Below the pieces are notes generated by a model. It was not told the DNA's origin and searched no databases. It worked only from the letters and a program-made list of their open reading frames with translations. Positions 59,915 through 64,000 of a DNA stretch of 64,000 nt are shown here, in pieces. A program made the translations under genes and the position numbers. The stretch is from Macrostomum hystrix (taxonomy: Eukaryota > Animalia > Platyhelminthes), in contig CATNEN010000011.1 in the NCBI GenBank assembly GCA_950097015.1, positions 2,852,001 to 2,916,000 on the forward strand, written 5' to 3'. Numbering within the stretch: the stretch's first letter is position 1; every line of letters begins with the position of its first letter.

Positions 59915-62800
59915 AGAATGAGGATAATTGGAATAAGTGGAATGAGGATAATTGGGAATAAGTGGAATGAGGATAATTAGGATTCGATAGAATGAGGATA
60001 ATTGGGAATCAATAGAATAAGGATAATTGGGAATCAATAGAATGAGGATAATTGGGACTTAGTAGAATGAGGATACTTGGGAATAAGTAGAATGAGGATA
60101 ATTGGGAATAAGTAGAATGAGGATACTTGGGAATAAGTAGAATGAGGATAATTGGGAATAAGTAGAATGAGGATACTTGGGAATAAGTAGAATGAGGATA
60201 ATTGGGAACCAATAGAATGAGGATAATTGGGAATCAATAGAATAAGGATAATTGGGAATCAATAAAATGAAGATAATTGGGAATCAATAGAATAAGGATA
60301 ATTTGGAATCAATAAAATGAAGATAATTGGGAATCAATAGAATGAGGATAATTGGGAATAAGTGGAATGAGGATAATTGGGATTCGATAGAATGAGGATA
60401 ATTGGGAATAAGTGGAATGAGGATAATGGGGAATCAATAGAATAAGGATAATTGGGAATCAATAAAATGAAGATAATTGGGAATCAATAGAATGAGGATA
60501 ATTGGGAATAAGTGGAATGAGGATAATTGGGATTCGATAGAATGAGGATAATTGGGAATAAGTGGAATGAGGATAATGGGGAATCAATAGAATAAGGATA
60601 ATTTGGAATCAATAGAATAAGGATAATTGTGAATCAATAGAATAAGGATAATTTGGAATTAGTAGAATGAGGATAATTTGGAATCAATAGAATGAGAATA
60701 ATTGGGAATTAGTAGAATGAGGATAATTTGGGATCAATAGAATGAGAATAATTGGGAATTAGTAGAATGAGGATAATTTGGAATCAATAGAATGAGAATA
60801 ATTGGGAATTAGTAGAATGAGGATAATTTGGAATCAATAGAATGAGAATAATTGGGAATTAGTAGAATGAGGATAATTTGGAATCAATAGAATGAGAATA
60901 ATTGGGAATTAGTAGAATGAGGATAATTTGGGATCAATAGAATGAGAATAATTGGGAATTAGTAGAATGAGGATAATTGAGAATCAATAGAATGAGAATA
61001 ATTGGGAATTAGTAGAATGAGGATAATTGGGAACCAATAGAATGAGAATAATTGGGAATTAGTAGAATGAGGATAATTGAGAATCAATAGAATGAGAATA
61101 ATTGGGAATTAGTAGAATGAGGATAATTGAGAATCAATAGAATGAGGATAATTGGGAATTAGTAGAATGAGGATAATTGAGAATCAATAGAATGAGGATA
61201 ATTGGGAACTAGTAGAATGAGGATAATTTGGAATCAATAGAATGAGAATAATTGGGAATTAGTAGAATGAGGATAATTTGGGATCAATAGAATGAGAATA
61301 ATTGGGAATTAGTAGAATGAGGATAATTGAGAATCAATAGAATGAGAATAATTGGGATAATTGGGAATCAATAGAATGAGGATAATTGGGACTTAGTAGA
61401 ATGAGGATACTTGGGAATAAGTAGAATGAGGATAATTGGGAATAAGTAGAATGAGGATACTTGGGAATTGTATCCTCAATTATTAATTTGGGATCAATAG
61501 AATGAGAATAATTGGGAATTAGTAGAATGAGGATAATTGAGAATCAATAGAATGAGAATAATTGGGAATTAGTAGAATGAGGATAATTGAGAATCAATTG
61601 AATGAGAATAATTGGGAATTAGTAGAATGAGGATAATTTGGGATCAATAGAATGAGAATAATTGGGAATTAGTAGAATGAGGATAATTGGGAATTAGTAG
61701 AATGAGGATAATTGGGAATTAGTAGAATGAGGATAATTGAGAATCAATAGAATGAGAATAATTGGGATAATTGGGAATCAATAGAATGAGGATAATTGGG
61801 ACTTAGTAGAATGAGGATACTTGGGAATAAGTAGAATGAGGATAATTGGGAATAAGTAGAATGAGGATACTTGGGAATTGTATCCTCAATTATTAATTTG
61901 GGATCAATAGAATGAGAATAATTGGGAATTAGTAGAATGAGGATAATTGAGAATCAATAGAATGAGAATAATTGGGAATTAGTAGAATGAGGATAATTGA
62001 GAATCAATAGAATGAGAATAATTGGGAATTAGTAGAATGAGGATAATTTGGGATCAATAGAATGAGAATAATTGGGAATTAGTAGAATGAGGATAATTGG
62101 GAATTAGTAGAATGAGGATAATTGGGAATTAGTAGAATGAGAATAATTGGGAATTAGTAGAATGAGGATAATTTGGGATCAATAGAATGAGAATAATTGG
62201 GAATTAGTAGAATGAGGATAATTGGGAATTAGTAGAATGAGGATAATTGGGAATTAGTAGAATGAGGATAATTGGGAATTAGTAGAATGAGGATAATTGG
62301 GAATTAGTAGAATGAGGATAATTGAGAATCAATAGAATGAGGATAATTGGGAATTAGTAGAATGAGGATAATTTGGAATCAATAGAATGAGAATAATAGG
62401 GAATTAGTAGAATGAGGATAATTTGGGATCAATAGAATGAGAATAATTGGGAATTAGTAGAATGAGGATAATTGAGAATCAATAGAATGAGGATAATTGG
62501 GAATTAGTAGAATGAGGATAATTGAGAATCAATAGAATGAGGATAATTGGGAATTAGTAGAATGAGGATAATTGGGAATTAGTAGAATGAGGATAATTGG
62601 GAATTAGTAGAATGAGGATAATTGAGAATCAATAGAATGAGGATAATTGGGAATTAGTAGAATGAGGATAATTGGGAATCAATAGAATGAGGATAATTGG
62701 GAATTAGTAGAATGAGGATAATTGGGAATCAAAAGAATGAGGATAATTGGGATTCGATAGAATGGGGGATAATTGGAAATCGACAGACTGAGGATAATTA
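59915..62800. repeat. 25-bp satellite (AGAATGAGGATAATTGGGAAT-TAGT/CAAT), roughly 115 units with variant domains and a 410-bp higher-order duplication
   Basis: The periodicity is directly visible. Confidence 0.97.
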
Positions 62801-63761
62801 GGGAGTCAATATAATACTCTTCTAATATTTAAGATAACTATTATGAAATCTATAAAATGAAGATGATTTGAAGTATGAAAAAGTAATTTCGGGAAATTAA
62901 GGCAAACTGCAAGCCGTTAGTGCTTGTCAAATCAACTGGTTGGAAATTATTTGCAGCCAAGGTGTATAAAAACTTAGCACTACGAACTGACTTGCGAGAA
63001 GTATTGTCTTAAATAAATTAACAACATCTCTGAAAATTTTTAAGCAACGAAGACGATGAGCTGACCTACTACGATTCGCACACAATGCGACGACTTACTA
63101 ACACAGAGATTCGCGATCAACTATTAAAAGATGGCTACAATTTGGACGATCAACAAGAGGCTGACGATCTTGACCTCATACCCCCCAGACCCATTGAGGA
63201 GAGGGGCTTCTATTGTTGCAACTATTTTATATCCTGTGAAATTCTCTAGTCTGTTAATGACCGCTTGATTTGCCTTTGCTTTCATGCTTTCGATTCTCAA
63301 TAGTTCGTTTAGATTGATTTTCATTTAGAACTAGATCTAGACAGGTTGATGAACACCTAGCTTGCACAGCCACAGTCCGTGCATCCCCATATAATTCAGG
63401 AACTCAATAGATTAATAAAATGATTTAGAAATATGCTTTTGAATAGCCAAATCGGCAACAAAATTGTTTACTTAACAAAATTATTGTAGACTTCTAAATG
63501 AGCCTTTTGTTGATTTTGGCAGAACTGTCAGTTGGACAGTACACGCAAGCGCATCTTTGCTTTTGTCATGTTCGTAAATTCGTTTGCATTATCAACATAC
63601 AATTGTTCACAGTTTCTGCATAATTAAATTTTTATTCTGAACGTGTATATACACAAATAGATCAATGAACTAAGCTTTGCTATTTTCTCAAAGGCTAGAA
63701 TATGAACAGTCTGATATTTTCTAATCATTATTTTCCAATTGGATAGAAAATGCTACTGTTC

Positions 63762-64000
63762 TCTGATTGGCTAGATAGTCGAGAAAGTGCTCTTACAAGT
63801 ATTATCTGATTGGCTAGTAAGTCGAGGAAGAGCTCTTATTATCTGATTAGCTAGAAAGTCGAGGAAGTGCTCTTATTATCTGATTAGCTAGAAAGTCGAG
63901 GAAGTGCTCTTATTATCTGATTGGCTAGAAAGTCGAGGAAGAGCTGTTATTATCTGATTGGCTAGAAAGTCGAGGAAGAGCTGTTATTATCTGATTGGCT
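63762..64000. repeat. 37-bp tandem repeat (atctgattggctagaaagtcgaggaagtgctcttatt), runs off the window end
   Basis: atctgatt at 63841 and 63878, and at the same spacing onward. Confidence 0.9.

Noticed and set aside
60009-60262. ORFs of repeated IPNYPHS / SSFYLF
   Set aside because: These are translations of the 25-bp satellite.
63124-63324. 66-aa minus-strand ORF with a protein-like composition
   Set aside because: It is short, has no recognisable motif and no splice partners were found. A homology search would be needed.

Overview
This is eukaryotic (metazoan) genomic DNA: GC-rich spliced exons in AT-rich introns, and many retroposons and satellites. The style is compatible with a flatworm such as Macrostomum, but that is inference only. 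Gene models were assembled by hand from GT-AG sites and phase checks. In order they are: a 5'-truncated PAN/apple-like plus C-type lectin gene (1-663); a 5-exon polypeptide GalNAc-transferase (3485-7218); a 2-exon Shaker-like Kv channel (minus, 8814-11554); and a 3-exon vWA plus DUF4537-like protein (14933-17999). The window is dominated by four full-length Na+/K+-ATPase alpha-subunit paralogues arranged as two tandem pairs pointing away from each other (copies 1-2 minus, copies 3-4 plus). Between the pairs lie a decayed ankyrin-repeat plus Mab-21/cGAS-like nucleotidyltransferase gene and a defective Ty3/gypsy LTR element with a 5-bp TSD. There are also at least 8 copies of a tRNA-derived SINE, a second SINE-like family, a MITE and several minisatellites. 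The most interesting signals are: (1) a Kv S4 with His at the Shaker R365 and R368 positions; (2) patchwork homogenisation of the pump cytoplasmic domains while the membrane domains diverge, with copy 3 altered around Na+ site III and M4 and copy 4 carrying an in-frame N-domain deletion; (3) an ankyrin-cGLR fusion; and (4) a C-type lectin domain lacking all four core cysteines and resembling bacterial CTLDs. No database searches could be run. Residue numbering (Shaker; sheep/pig ATP1A1) is from manual alignment to remembered canonical sequences.
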